DNA of 64,000 nucleotides, taken from positions 248,001 through 312,000 of IMG/VR virus record IMGVR_UViG_3300042261_002385, one strand, 5' to 3'. The first letter of the stretch is position 1. Each line of letters starts with the position of its first letter. Below the pieces are notes generated by a model. It made no database searches and had not been told where the DNA came from. It was given only the letters and a program-made list of their open reading frames with translations. Both the position numbers and the translations under genes were made by a program. Positions 26,711-37,277 of the stretch are shown one piece after another.

Positions 26711-28371
26711 AACTCAAACTCACCTCCACCTTCAGCAGGAGCTTCTCCACCACCTTCAGCAGGAGCTTCGGCAGCTGGTGCCTCTTCAGCAGGAGCTTCT
26801 CCACCTTCAGCAGGAGCTTCTCCACCTTCAGCAGGAGCACCACCTTCAGCAGGAGCACCAGCCGCGGCCTGAGCCGCATCTTTAGCCCAATACTTTTGAT
26901 TTTCTGACTTTTCCTCAGGTGTAAGCTTGAAGACATGATCCATAATCCACTCAATGTGAAAGTAAGGCTTCTCACCATTCATAATACCAGTAAGTGTAGT
27001 AATTGCTTCTGCTCTTTTAGCCAAAGTATTAATCTTTTTCCACTCTTCGAAAATCTGGTTTGTGTAAAAGATAATGTCTACCGAGTTAATGAATACTTCA
27101 TCGTCTTTCAACTCAGGAAATTCAATTAACATCTGTAGTTTTAGTGGCTTAACGACCAACTCTTTGAAATTGGTTCTTAGTCTCATAATGAAATTATGAA
27201 ACTTGATCTCATCTCTGGTCATTTCAGCTGAATCTTGAATAAGATTACCACCACCAGATTCACCCTCAAAACGAGTAAGTGGAATTTTAGAGGCTCTTTT
27301 TAATGCTTGGTGAAACCACTTCAACATAGACTCTTCATTCAAGTCATGACCCTGTGGTCCAACTAGCTCCATTTGTGGAGTTCCGGCATCACCTTCTGGA
27401 AACCATATTTGTTTATTATAAGGTAAGTGCTTAGAACCATTAATTGATAAAGTTCCCAATGTATCATCCCATTCAACTTCTTCTGAGTAATCCTGAATCA
27501 ATTGACCAATTTGTTCCTCAGCTCTTTGACGAGATAAACCTTTTACAGGAATGACGAATTTCTGATAAATTGTAGCGTTAATAACGTTATACATAATTCT
27601 TGTTTGCTCAAGAATTTTTAATTGATTATATGGTTTAATCAAACCCTCAACATATGAAGTTTCTGAAAAATCATTTTGAGTTGAATAGGAAATAAATACA
27701 ATCTGTGAATCTAAGAATATTCTTCTTAACTGTGGATCCTCAGGAAATTGAATCCAAAGATGTCCAACGTTTGGCTCATAAGCTGGAACTAATGTTTCCG
27801 GACGCAATCTATTGAATCCTATGATGTTTTTCTTTTTATCATCATAGATAATCTCAACAGCAACGAATCCATCAACTAAAAAATCTTTCATCATTGACCA
27901 AGCAGTGATGTTGTCTGAAAATCCAAATTTATTATAAATCTTTTCAAAATATTCTTGATATTTATCTTGAATTTCTTGTGAATAATCATTTGGCAACGGT
28001 CTTGGTGAACAAAAGTCTCTTTCATCGTTGTATACAACACACTCATCAGATACAGAACTAACAAAATCTCTGATTTCATCTTTAATAGAATATTCTCTTA
28101 ATATTCTTCTTTTATCAGCGTAGGCTTTATCTAAATAGGGTATAGATTTTCTATTTAAAACAGAAGCAACAGCTCTTGATGAAAAGAAATCATACATTGA
28201 ACTACCTCTCGCTGAATATGGATCCTCGTTAATACCAACCCCAACTTGATTTCTTATGATCATATCATCATAATTCATCCCATAATTTGAAAGAGTTCTA
28301 AGAATTCTACTAAATAATCCTCTATTTTCTATTGCTGAGTTAAGACCAAGATTATTATTATTTTCAGCCAT
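26707..28371 (-). CDS. gp20: Portal protein, T4 gp20-like
   Basis: RILREYS, FLVDG..EI, SYVEGLIKPYNQLKILE, IWFPEGDAG and RASKIP.TRF motifs, with a GGEAPAE-repeat tail. Confidence 0.93.
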   Translation of the reverse strand: MAENNNNLGLNSAIENRGLFSRILRTLSNYGMNYDDMIIRNQVGVGINEDPYSARGSSMYDFFSSRAVASVLNRKSIPYLDKAYADKRRILREYSIKDEIRDFVSSVSDECVVYNDERDFCSPRPLPNDYSQEIQDKYQEYFEKIYNKFGFSDNITAWSMMKDFLVDGFVAVEIIYDDKKKNIIGFNRLRPETLVPAYEPNVGHLWIQFPEDPQLRRIFLDSQIVFISYSTQNDFSETSYVEGLIKPYNQLKILEQTRIMYNVINATIYQKFVIPVKGLSRQRAEEQIGQLIQDYSEEVEWDDTLGTLSINGSKHLPYNKQIWFPEGDAGTPQMELVGPQGHDLNEESMLKWFHQALKRASKIPLTRFEGESGGGNLIQDSAEMTRDEIKFHNFIMRLRTNFKELVVKPLKLQMLIEFPELKDDEVFINSVDIIFYTNQIFEEWKKINTLAKRAEAITTLTGIMNGEKPYFHIEWIMDHVFKLTPEEKSENQKYWAKDAAQAAAGAPAEGGAPAEGGEAPAEGGEAPAEEAPAAEAPAEGGGEAPAEGGGEFEF

Positions 28372-28423
28372 TTTTTAGTTCAATTTGATTTTATATATTA
28401 AATTTTAGATATTCCTCCAGAAT

Positions 28424-29071
28424 TTACTTTTTAAGAGCGATTGTAATCTCAGCTTGCTTATCACCATATCTATCCTCGGTTATATTTTTTTTGACATTGA
28501 AGTCAGAAAAATCTATACCTCTAAAAAGACCATTCCATTTTCTATCCGTGTAAGAACCATCTCCATACCCATTACAATTTACTGTAATTTTTAACTCTTC
28601 TTTATTTAGTTTTTTAACCATACCATTGACGAAGTCACTCTTTGCAGCAGATGTTCTTTTAGTCATTTCATTATATAACTTTTGAATCTTAAATAAATCA
28701 CCTTCTACTTTTGCATTTTGAATAAAACTAACTACAATATTATATTTAAATGACTGAGCAATTGATACTTGAACACTCTCTAATCTGTTTTTAAACGCAA
28801 TAAGTTCGTCTAAAAATTCCCAAAATCTTTCATCAATTATCATTTCGGTATAACCACCCATTGGTCCGGTTTTAAAATTACTTCTAAAAACAATGTTCAT
28901 TGAAGTAAAACCCTCATATTCACCTTCCGTGATTGTTCTTGGTTCTGTAAAAGAGTATTCTATTTCTAAATCTTTTATCGGAAGTAACATCTCATCTAAC
29001 TCTTCTTTAGAAAGGTCTGTGATGTCTTGAGATTCGTTAAGATGATGTAAAAACTTATGTAGATACTTCAT
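28424..29071 (-). CDS. Hypothetical protein (starts MKYLHKFLHHLNES)
   Basis: ORF in an operon upstream of the portal gene. Confidence 0.6.
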   Translation of the reverse strand: MKYLHKFLHHLNESQDITDLSKEELDEMLLPIKDLEIEYSFTEPRTITEGEYEGFTSMNIVFRSNFKTGPMGGYTEMIIDERFWEFLDELIAFKNRLESVQVSIAQSFKYNIVVSFIQNAKVEGDLFKIQKLYNEMTKRTSAAKSDFVNGMVKKLNKEELKITVNCNGYGDGSYTDRKWNGLFRGIDFSDFNVKKNITEDRYGDKQAEITIALKK

Positions 29072-29769
29072 TATTTGTTCTTAAGTTTTTTATCCAAAAC
29101 TTTTGCTATGTGGTCTCCGATGAAGAAGTGCATGTTTTTGAGTGTATCCGTTTCAAAAGTCTCAATATCATCCATAAATCTGAATTGATATTTATAAGTG
29201 TCTACTTCTTCTTTGTCGTGTTTATCTATTTTCCAGATAGATAACTCCATATCATAATTGTTATTAATATTTAATTTAAAATCAAATGTAGTTTTATCAC
29301 AAGGTGTAGTTTTAAACTTAGGTTGATACTCTACCTCAAAAACTGAATAGTCTGTAATTTTTGCCCGTCTCATATAATAGTTTAAGAACATCGAAGGTGC
29401 TTCGATAAAGTCAGATAGTATCTGTAAGTCTTGACCAAAGTTATTAGATTCAATAATATCTTCTATTTTAGTTTTTAGGTCTAAAACATTATCAAATTCC
29501 ATTTTATGATAGACACAATTTATATCAAATAGATAAATAAACGTATCTTCAATCAAATTCTTTTTTTCTAAATCGACTTTGAAAATGAATTTAGTGTGGA
29601 TAATAGATATATCTTCGGTCTCTAATCCCTGTATTGAGATTACCATTTTATAAAACTTCTCATCTGTTGAAAGTTCGTAAACAGTTTCAACAGATGAAGC
29701 CATTCCTTCATCTTCATCTTCAAATAATCCTTTAAAAACTTCTTGTATGTCTGAAATTTTAGTTTCCAT
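29071..29769 (-). CDS. Hypothetical protein
   Basis: ORF in an operon. No family recognised. Confidence 0.6.
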   Translation of the reverse strand: METKISDIQEVFKGLFEDEDEGMASSVETVYELSTDEKFYKMVISIQGLETEDISIIHTKFIFKVDLEKKNLIEDTFIYLFDINCVYHKMEFDNVLDLKTKIEDIIESNNFGQDLQILSDFIEAPSMFLNYYMRRAKITDYSVFEVEYQPKFKTTPCDKTTFDFKLNINNNYDMELSIWKIDKHDKEEVDTYKYQFRFMDDIETFETDTLKNMHFFIGDHIAKVLDKKLKNK

Positions 29770-29770
29770 A

Positions 29771-30535
29771 TTATTTAAATTGTTTATCGTATAGATTTCT
29801 CTTTAGTTCCATAACTTTACTTATGTAACCATTTCTTCTAAGGAGTTTAAATACTAAATTTCCAATAGAAAATTCACCACTTTCGGATTCTAAACCACTT
29901 TTTCTATAGTTTTTAATTTTCTGCCAAACCTTTTTGATTTTTGGTTCTAACTCATCATAGTCTTTTTCTTTTGATTCATCAATGATATCATCAATTACCA
30001 TAATTATTGTTTTGGATTTCTCTTTAATCATTCTTTCATCCGGTTTGAAGTCAACTTTTACTGGTTTCTTAACCCATTTATCATTTAGTAGAGAGTAAAC
30101 ACCTCCCATTTTACCATCTTTGATTTCTTCATGCATTATTTCATCATCTTGTATACATACTTCAACTTCATATCCTTTAATCTTAATATCATGTTGTTCG
30201 TTCCAGACTTTTTTTGCATAATCACAAAGTTTTTCGACTAAATCGTAGTCCTCATCAACTTCTTTAAAATCTATTGTGATGTGTAGGTCATAATCTGAAT
30301 ACTTCTCAGACCAATTGTAGTTACAAAGTGAACCACAAAGAACAATATCTTTGACTTCTGCTTGAATTTCAGTTCCATTGAAAAAATCTTGACCAATTTG
30401 TAACAGTTGCTCTCTGACTTCTTTGTCTAATTCAAAATTATCCCACAACTTCTCATTCAATTCTTTTTGAATCTTAAATGATTTAATTGGGGTGAATGTT
30501 CCTCTTCTAAACTCAAAAAATTTTTCCATTTTCAT
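29771..30535 (-). CDS. Pol-beta-superfamily nucleotidyltransferase
   Basis: hGS-x-DhDh signature (LCGSLCNYNWSEKYSDYDLH) and a third acid in YEVEVCIQD. Start is the ATG at 30535. Confidence 0.7.
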   Translation of the reverse strand: MKMEKFFEFRRGTFTPIKSFKIQKELNEKLWDNFELDKEVREQLLQIGQDFFNGTEIQAEVKDIVLCGSLCNYNWSEKYSDYDLHITIDFKEVDEDYDLVEKLCDYAKKVWNEQHDIKIKGYEVEVCIQDDEIMHEEIKDGKMGGVYSLLNDKWVKKPVKVDFKPDERMIKEKSKTIIMVIDDIIDESKEKDYDELEPKIKKVWQKIKNYRKSGLESESGEFSIGNLVFKLLRRNGYISKVMELKRNLYDKQFK

Positions 30536-30552
30536 AATAAGTAAAGTATATA

Positions 30553-32865
30553 TTAAAAACTCCACTCATTATTTGTTTCATATTGATTAAGAATACCAGA
30601 CTTTTCTATCTGTGAAATAACCATTTCAGCCGTTATTGATTTTGTGCATTCAAACTGTCTTTGAGTTCCTTTATGTGTAGGACACCAATTCCAATCTCCT
30701 GGATCCAATCTAAAGTCATTAAAGCAACCTGAACATTTTCCTTCTGAAGCATTTATTCTAATTACGCCATTTTGTGGCTCAGTATAGTTATAACTAAATC
30801 CTGAAATTAAAACAGTAGGTGTTTTTGTTGCCCAACTTAACCAACTTAATCCAGACCCTATACCAATAAATAAAGTAGACCTTTGCATATATTTAATGAC
30901 TTCTTCAATAGAAGATGTGTTGGCCTTTTTTGCTCCTTTAGGATGTTTGTTACCCATATAATCATCACCTTCTTTCGAAAGAATGATGACTTCATATCCC
31001 TGAGAAATAAAGTGATCAGTAATCTTTTGCCATCCATCTGGATTATTCCAATACTTAGTCTGTGCGGTTCCGTGTATACCAATTGTGATAATTTTCTCTC
31101 TTGTAATATTAGTATCTAAATTTAGTTTTGGTTTTATTTCAGTAAAATCTAATCCCAATATATCAGTAGCCGTTTTTTGCATCGGTTGAAGTCTAAAATT
31201 ATTCTTATGATGTGTAATTCTTACTTGTTCACCATCATAGAACCAACCTATTCTATAGACTCCTAAAACGTTTGGAACAGATTGTCCGGGTTTTATAAAA
31301 TTAATCTCTGGATAGCTATTTTCAAATAAATTATTCCAGAAAGTAGAGCAGAATACTTGACAATTCCACCTTTTTCTAAACTCATCAACGTAAGGTATCC
31401 AAGCTAGTGTGTCTCCAAGTGCCGATGATTCAAACGTTATCAAAACCCTTTGTCCAGTAAAATCCAACTCGTATTCAAATTTATCCTCGTCATTTTCCGC
31501 GACTATCTTCCAATGAACAAAATACTGCAAACTAGTTTTGGCCCACGAGTTGTTTTGTAGTTTTAAATCATAAACTATATTTTCGGTCGATTTATCGATA
31601 AACTTGACATCGTAGTCTTTTAGTGTGTTCCTCACTTCTAAAAAGGCGCCATCATGAAACAATACTGAAAAGTTTGGTTTTAATTTTTTGATTGATTTTT
31701 TGTTATCAATATTTTTATAGAAATTAATTAACTTATCTTTGAATGTATTTTCATTATTCTTTTTACAATCATTCATTTCAATTATTTGATTTATGTTGTC
31801 AGCAATATCAGACTCTTTGACACAATGAAAGAACAAAATATCATTTTTATCAAACGGAATGTGTGATTGACTATAGTGTCCCAATTTCCAATCATTCATA
31901 TCTAATAAAAAATCTCCGGTCAAATTTGGATGTTGATAGAAGAAATTTACATCTTTTTCATTTCTAACATTAAGTCCAACTGTAATTAAATTAGGTGGCA
32001 TTTGATTTTTCCACAACAAACAGTTAAGTAAAAGTTCGTCATGTAGAAATTCAGTTTTACGTATTGTTTGTATTTCATCAGAGAAACATACTTTCTTCCA
32101 CTCTTTAAACAATTCTAAATGTGAGGAATTGAAAATTACTAAAAAGGTTATGCCGTTAGGATATGGTTGTTTAAAATTATCAATATCAAACCCCATAAAA
32201 TTCGAAACTTGAGGACCGGGTATGTATATACCATTCGCGATTACGTAATCCCACCTTTGTTTCTGAATAATTGGACCCGGTGTGATTTGAGGTATATCGA
32301 ATAACTCATCTATATTAGGTCTAACTTGAATATCCGAATCTAAAAAGACAGCATTTTGAATTCCTCTTTCAATGACATCTATGAATACAGGTGCTTTCAT
32401 AAATTGCATATATTGTTGGTCTGAATCACCAGGAACATCGAATCTTATATTTGTCAAATTTTTATAATTTAACTTAGATTCATAATTGATGCTGTAATGT
32501 AAAATAGGTATATTTGAGTATTTTTGCAGACCATCTAATAACTTTGATGTTATTTCTTCATATTTATCGTTAGATATCAAAATAAAAGCCCTCTCGATAT
32601 TAGTAGACACAAAGTCATCCACAACTTTAATACCATTCTCATAAATTCTCAGCGTCATTTTGTGTGACATATCAACTTCATGAAAAGGAGATATCATCAT
32701 ACCAAATATCTTTTCTTCAAATGGTTCAAACTTAGCTTCTGTATCAATGATACATTGATAACTTACTCCAAAAAGTAAAATTTTAGTTGATACTTTTCTA
32801 TTTTCTAAATTTTTTATAGATAAAAAACCATCTTTTATGATATAGTTAAACAATCCTTTCTGCAT
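30553..32865 (-). CDS. Bifunctional glycosyltransferase: GT-A (GT8-like) + TibC/Aah-type protein O-glycosyltransferase
   Basis: FLDSD (DxD) domain. The C-terminal half has the TibC-like beta region, ALGDTLAWIPY, FIG.GSGLSWL.WA, PTVLISGF and an iron-finger CSGC..WCPTHKGTQRQFECT. Confidence 0.85.
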   Translation of the reverse strand: MQKGLFNYIIKDGFLSIKNLENRKVSTKILLFGVSYQCIIDTEAKFEPFEEKIFGMMISPFHEVDMSHKMTLRIYENGIKVVDDFVSTNIERAFILISNDKYEEITSKLLDGLQKYSNIPILHYSINYESKLNYKNLTNIRFDVPGDSDQQYMQFMKAPVFIDVIERGIQNAVFLDSDIQVRPNIDELFDIPQITPGPIIQKQRWDYVIANGIYIPGPQVSNFMGFDIDNFKQPYPNGITFLVIFNSSHLELFKEWKKVCFSDEIQTIRKTEFLHDELLLNCLLWKNQMPPNLITVGLNVRNEKDVNFFYQHPNLTGDFLLDMNDWKLGHYSQSHIPFDKNDILFFHCVKESDIADNINQIIEMNDCKKNNENTFKDKLINFYKNIDNKKSIKKLKPNFSVLFHDGAFLEVRNTLKDYDVKFIDKSTENIVYDLKLQNNSWAKTSLQYFVHWKIVAENDEDKFEYELDFTGQRVLITFESSALGDTLAWIPYVDEFRKRWNCQVFCSTFWNNLFENSYPEINFIKPGQSVPNVLGVYRIGWFYDGEQVRITHHKNNFRLQPMQKTATDILGLDFTEIKPKLNLDTNITREKIITIGIHGTAQTKYWNNPDGWQKITDHFISQGYEVIILSKEGDDYMGNKHPKGAKKANTSSIEEVIKYMQRSTLFIGIGSGLSWLSWATKTPTVLISGFSYNYTEPQNGVIRINASEGKCSGCFNDFRLDPGDWNWCPTHKGTQRQFECTKSITAEMVISQIEKSGILNQYETNNEWSF

Positions 32866-34420
32866 AAATTATTCCCATTTTATTTTGTATTACATAATCT
32901 CCACATTTATCAGTCCACTTTGATAATTTGAATTTAAAATTATTTTTAGTCAATTTTTTTATTATTGACATTGCTTTGATACCATCATTATTATGAAATT
33001 CAATTATAAATCTTTTAATTTTTTTTAAATTATTATCGGTTATAGTTTCAAAGAAATCATATTCAGCTCCTTCTATGTCAACTTTCATTAAATCAATAAA
33101 TTCTTCGTCAATATAACTCTCTACTAAAGTATTAGGTGTTATAGACTCTACTGTAATTTTAGATCTTTGTATACTATTTCCATTTGCGTCTATTTCATAT
33201 AAAGAAGAAACAACTGAACCCTGACCAGGAGTTATCCAAAAGTCAACAGTTCCATCAGATGTGGTGATTGCCTTATCAATTATCTTAATCAGTGAGTTGC
33301 TATCCCACATTCTTTTAATTATTTTTGTATTATCAACATCAGCTTCTATCAGATAAGTTTTTATATCTCTTTCAATAAATGAAACAGCCGCCATACCATA
33401 ACAGGAACCGACGTCAACAAAATTTTTAATTTTAGTAATATCGAAATCAAATATACTATACATACTAAGGTCATTAAAGTCGGAAAATTCGTTGAATTTA
33501 ACTTCAGTGTCTTTGATTAATTTGAATTTTTTAGATAGTTTATATTTATAATCAAAATCTTTTACTAAAATATTTTTGACTATTGTTCTATCTTCTAAGT
33601 AAACCTCTAGATAAAAACCATTTATAGCCTTTTGAATATTATCTGGGTATGGTGGAAGTATCCAAAAAGTTACACCATCACTTAAGTTGAAAGATTGATT
33701 AATATAAATACATAAATCGGTATAGTAGTCAAAAATTCTCAAATGAACTTGCTTGTCTAAATTTGACTTTATATAAAATTTGTTATCGTCAAATGAATAC
33801 CAGAATTCAATCTGATTATAATCATAGAAAAGTTTATCAATTTTGTTAACTCCATAAAAGGTTTGCTTATCAGCGAACGCAAAGGTTTTGTGTAGTAAAT
33901 TTTTAGTCTTTAAATCATGCTCCCAACAATTTTCTAACACGGTATTTACAGAAAACATCTCATCAATAGTTCTATAAAAAGTAATATTCTCAAGTAGAAA
34001 ATTCACATTTGAATAAAAAGAATTTGTGCATATTACATTATTACCCCAATTACAAGAAACAAATTCATAATCTTTGATAATCCATTTTTTAAATTCTGAA
34101 ACATCAGATATTTCAATATCATATGAAACTTTGTAAGTAGAACCAATTTTTTGGTCTTTAAGGTGTTTTAGCGAAATTTCAATTAAATTACTTTCAGCCA
34201 CTCCATGAGAATACTTTCTATCATCTACTATATTTTTAGACTGATAGAAATAATAGTCACATAATTTTTGAAAATTACTATCAAGTGGCGAGTGAGATGC
34301 TAGTATCAAGTAGTAATCTTCTCTCGACAAAATCCTTAAGTTTTCTCGTAGTAGTTCTAATCCTTCACTTGAGTTGTGAAAGTAAGTTATAATAAATCCT
34401 ATTTTAGTATCTTTCTTCAT
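32846..34420 (-). CDS. Glycosyltransferase-like N-terminal domain fused to an FkbM-family methyltransferase
   Basis: C-terminal DVGSCYG, IEAD, KVDIEGAE and IIEFH motifs. The N-terminal assignment is weaker. Confidence 0.75.
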   Translation of the reverse strand: MKKDTKIGFIITYFHNSSEGLELLRENLRILSREDYYLILASHSPLDSNFQKLCDYYFYQSKNIVDDRKYSHGVAESNLIEISLKHLKDQKIGSTYKVSYDIEISDVSEFKKWIIKDYEFVSCNWGNNVICTNSFYSNVNFLLENITFYRTIDEMFSVNTVLENCWEHDLKTKNLLHKTFAFADKQTFYGVNKIDKLFYDYNQIEFWYSFDDNKFYIKSNLDKQVHLRIFDYYTDLCIYINQSFNLSDGVTFWILPPYPDNIQKAINGFYLEVYLEDRTIVKNILVKDFDYKYKLSKKFKLIKDTEVKFNEFSDFNDLSMYSIFDFDITKIKNFVDVGSCYGMAAVSFIERDIKTYLIEADVDNTKIIKRMWDSNSLIKIIDKAITTSDGTVDFWITPGQGSVVSSLYEIDANGNSIQRSKITVESITPNTLVESYIDEEFIDLMKVDIEGAEYDFFETITDNNLKKIKRFIIEFHNNDGIKAMSIIKKLTKNNFKFKLSKWTDKCGDYVIQNKMGIIYAERIV

Positions 34421-36053
34421 GGTAAACTTTATCTAAAATTGAAAGACCAGCTGCTTGTTTAGTAATTGGTTTTTCAAATATTCCTGTTTTATACATATCT
34501 AACTTCTCAGCGAAAAGTAAATCTGTTACGTTCCACTTGCAACTTTGATACATTTTATCAATTATGTCGAATGAACGTCTTGGCACTAAATAAGCATGAG
34601 CTCCATAGAACTTATTTACTACCCAATATCCTTCTTTTTTATCTACAATATTAGTATTGTTGTGATATCCAAATGAAAACATTAATAAATTTTCGTTTTT
34701 ATTTAGAATATCAATTGCAAAATTCATTTTATCTATAAATTCTTGATAACTTACGTCTAAAATAGCATCACATTCGAATATCATAATGAAATCACTTTCA
34801 GAATTAACTCCTTGATAAAATGCTGACTTGTGAGCTAAATAACATCCATAATGACCAGGAGTCAACTTTCCGCCTGGTTCCATAGATATTTTGTCAGGAT
34901 ATTCACAGTTATCTGAAGGTGGTAATTCGGTATATCTTTTGTTAATACAGGTATTATATTCTATACCCCAATCAGGAAGTTTTGAAAGAGATATTAAAGA
35001 AGAAATTTCTCTATCAGAGTCAATATCAGTCAGCATATGATAAGCTGAAATTTTATGTTCTGGTATTTTACTAAAACTCTCTAAGACTACACTTTTAGTT
35101 TTCTCAACTACTGACATTTGTTTATTTTTATATGAGGTTGATAGAATCTGTTTAATTTTGTCGACATTTTCTTGTTTATCATCAGACATAAAACTGACAT
35201 TTTCATAAGTGAAGATGTCAGAATAGTTTGGTAACCACTTCATAAGAACAGGCAACTTGTAATTTAAAGCCTCACTTATACAAAGTGGTTTATTTTCTAA
35301 ATTTGATGTGAACAGAAACAAATCACATACAGTGTAGAACTTATAAACGTCACTTCTTTCACCCCAAACTTGACAGTTTTTAGGTTTAGTTTCCATTAGT
35401 GGTTTCCAATAATACTCAAAGTTTCCTGCTTGATTACCTAAAAAATGAAATTGATAATCATCACTAAACTCTTTAGCAATTTCAAATATTTCACTTTGAT
35501 TTTTTCCTTGTGTAAAAAGGCCAACATTCAATATGTGTTTTTTTGATGGATCTAAACCGAGCTCTGTTTGATAGATTTTCTTTAATTCATCACTATTAAT
35601 TGGATATTCGATTAAGTCAAAATCTGATTTTGGATTAAAATACTGAGAAAGATTATACTTAGAGACAAAATGTAGTTTATCTGGTGTTGTCAATTTTTCG
35701 AGAGGATTGAATAGAGTGCCGTGTGTGGTTTCACAAATCTTATAATTTGAATTATATAATTTTATCAATGAGTCATATGGAATAAATGTCTCTGGAAATT
35801 CTTCAAAGTGAATAACATCAGGATTAATTTCATCAACGATAGAAATAAATTTATCCTTATCATTAAGAGTAATTAGTTTATGACCAAGAAAGCTTTCTAT
35901 TTTATTTCTTTGAACAACAAGTTGACCTCCTGTTATATTATCCCACTCAATACACCAAATATCAAATTCGTCAATTAAAACTTCTATTTTTTTTAACAAA
36001 AATTGTGGTAAACCACCTGTTGATAAATGTGGAGTAATAAATAATAATCTCAT
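34404..36053 (-). CDS. GT4 glycosyltransferase fused to a GT25-like domain
   Basis: PHLSTGG, NVG..KNQ, DLFLFTS.LE.KP..SEAL (GT4), then GHYGCYLAH, FECD and GAHAYLV (GT25-like). Confidence 0.8.
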   Translation of the reverse strand: MRLLFITPHLSTGGLPQFLLKKIEVLIDEFDIWCIEWDNITGGQLVVQRNKIESFLGHKLITLNDKDKFISIVDEINPDVIHFEEFPETFIPYDSLIKLYNSNYKICETTHGTLFNPLEKLTTPDKLHFVSKYNLSQYFNPKSDFDLIEYPINSDELKKIYQTELGLDPSKKHILNVGLFTQGKNQSEIFEIAKEFSDDYQFHFLGNQAGNFEYYWKPLMETKPKNCQVWGERSDVYKFYTVCDLFLFTSNLENKPLCISEALNYKLPVLMKWLPNYSDIFTYENVSFMSDDKQENVDKIKQILSTSYKNKQMSVVEKTKSVVLESFSKIPEHKISAYHMLTDIDSDREISSLISLSKLPDWGIEYNTCINKRYTELPPSDNCEYPDKISMEPGGKLTPGHYGCYLAHKSAFYQGVNSESDFIMIFECDAILDVSYQEFIDKMNFAIDILNKNENLLMFSFGYHNNTNIVDKKEGYWVVNKFYGAHAYLVPRRSFDIIDKMYQSCKWNVTDLLFAEKLDMYKTGIFEKPITKQAAGLSILDKVYHEERY

Positions 36054-36068
36054 TAGTGAGTTTTATTT

Positions 36069-36097
36069 ATTATAAATAAAAAAATTGACTTTGTTTA
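36069..36097 (-). promoter_or_regulatory. Class II promoter TAAACA-N17-TATAAT driving the glycosyltransferase operon
   Basis: Read directly from the sequence. Confidence 0.6.
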
Positions 36098-36103
36098 ATT
36101 AAA

Positions 36104-36763
36104 TTAACTGACTGGTGTTCCATCACCTTCTGCTTTACCAGAGACCTTAATCCACTCACATCTTATTGGCGAAGAACCGACATTTGCGGTATATCCAGCA
36201 ATTATAATTCTATGGTCTTCACCACCCCAATTCGGAGAAGTGGTGGAAATTTCAGACATCGCTCCTGTGCTTGTGCTGTATGTTCCATTCTGACCAATTC
36301 TATTATATGTGAAAGGTTCTCCAAGATTACCATAGGCATAATGGTCATGTGTGGAAGCAGTCCCGTTTGCAAATCTCCAATCATAGTCAAAAACTTTTGT
36401 TCCGTCTCCAGAACCATCTGTTTCAACAATATGTAGCCTTCTAAGAATAAAAGAGTATGTAAGACTACTATTATCCGGTTTATTATTCATGCAATAACCA
36501 ATCAATTTGGCAGAATTTAAACTTGCAGATGTGTTTATAAACATACCTAAGTACCAAGGATCTACTGTTCCCGATTTTGTGCAAACTGATTCAACAGTGA
36601 CAACATCTCCACTTAAAAAAAATCCAGTTGGAACTAAAACAGAACCCAAAATAACCCATTCACCAGTGACTGATGATTGTGTCTGAGACGTTCCGGGACC
36701 GACATAATTGAAATACTGATATGATTCTCCTACACCAAAAGAGTTTAATACGTTAAATGACAT
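36104..36763 (-). CDS. Beta-rich virion accessory protein, paralogue 1 of 3
   Basis: Shares the F..(G)D.V.V....K.GT..N.....RR(L/I).I..W..II.G pattern with its two neighbours. Confidence 0.55.
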   Translation of the reverse strand: MSFNVLNSFGVGESYQYFNYVGPGTSQTQSSVTGEWVILGSVLVPTGFFLSGDVVTVESVCTKSGTVDPWYLGMFINTSASLNSAKLIGYCMNNKPDNSSLTYSFILRRLHIVETDGSGDGTKVFDYDWRFANGTASTHDHYAYGNLGEPFTYNRIGQNGTYSTSTGAMSEISTTSPNWGGEDHRIIIAGYTANVGSSPIRCEWIKVSGKAEGDGTPVS

Positions 36764-36766
36764 GAC

Positions 36767-37276
36767 TTACTTTCTATTTACATATATATATTGACCTCTA
36801 TCCCCCGTAACACCACCTCTTACAAAAAAATAACCAGCCACTGTCCAATCAATATTTACTGTTACTAATGCATTTATCATTTCAGAACCACTATTGTTTA
36901 GACTACTCATCTGAGTCAAATATGATTGAGCAGTAGCTCCTACAAATGACTGTGTAGGCGAAGCAATGTGTATAAATCTTGTTACGGGTTGAAATCCTGA
37001 ATTGCTTGTGCTTGAAGCATAATAAGCAACTACTACAGCGTTTGTAACACTTGTAGTTCCCGCATTCCAGTAACAAAATTTAGTACCAACACTATTCGTA
37101 TTTGCATCAGTTACTAAAAAAGATAACTCAACTGTATCTCCAACTCTAAACAAGTTTGGTGGAATATAAACTGAAATATATTCTATAGTAGTTCCACTAG
37201 CGGTGGTTCCTGGACTGGTTTGGACAGATACAGGATAAGAATAGGTAGCAAAGGTGTATGTGTTTACTCTTGACAT
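36767..37276 (-). CDS. Beta-rich virion accessory protein, paralogue 2 of 3
   Basis: FRVGDTVEL, YWNA, RFIHI and IDWTVAGY segments. Confidence 0.55.
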   Translation of the reverse strand: MSRVNTYTFATYSYPVSVQTSPGTTASGTTIEYISVYIPPNLFRVGDTVELSFLVTDANTNSVGTKFCYWNAGTTSVTNAVVVAYYASSTSNSGFQPVTRFIHIASPTQSFVGATAQSYLTQMSSLNNSGSEMINALVTVNIDWTVAGYFFVRGGVTGDRGQYIYVNRK

Positions 37277-37277
37277 A

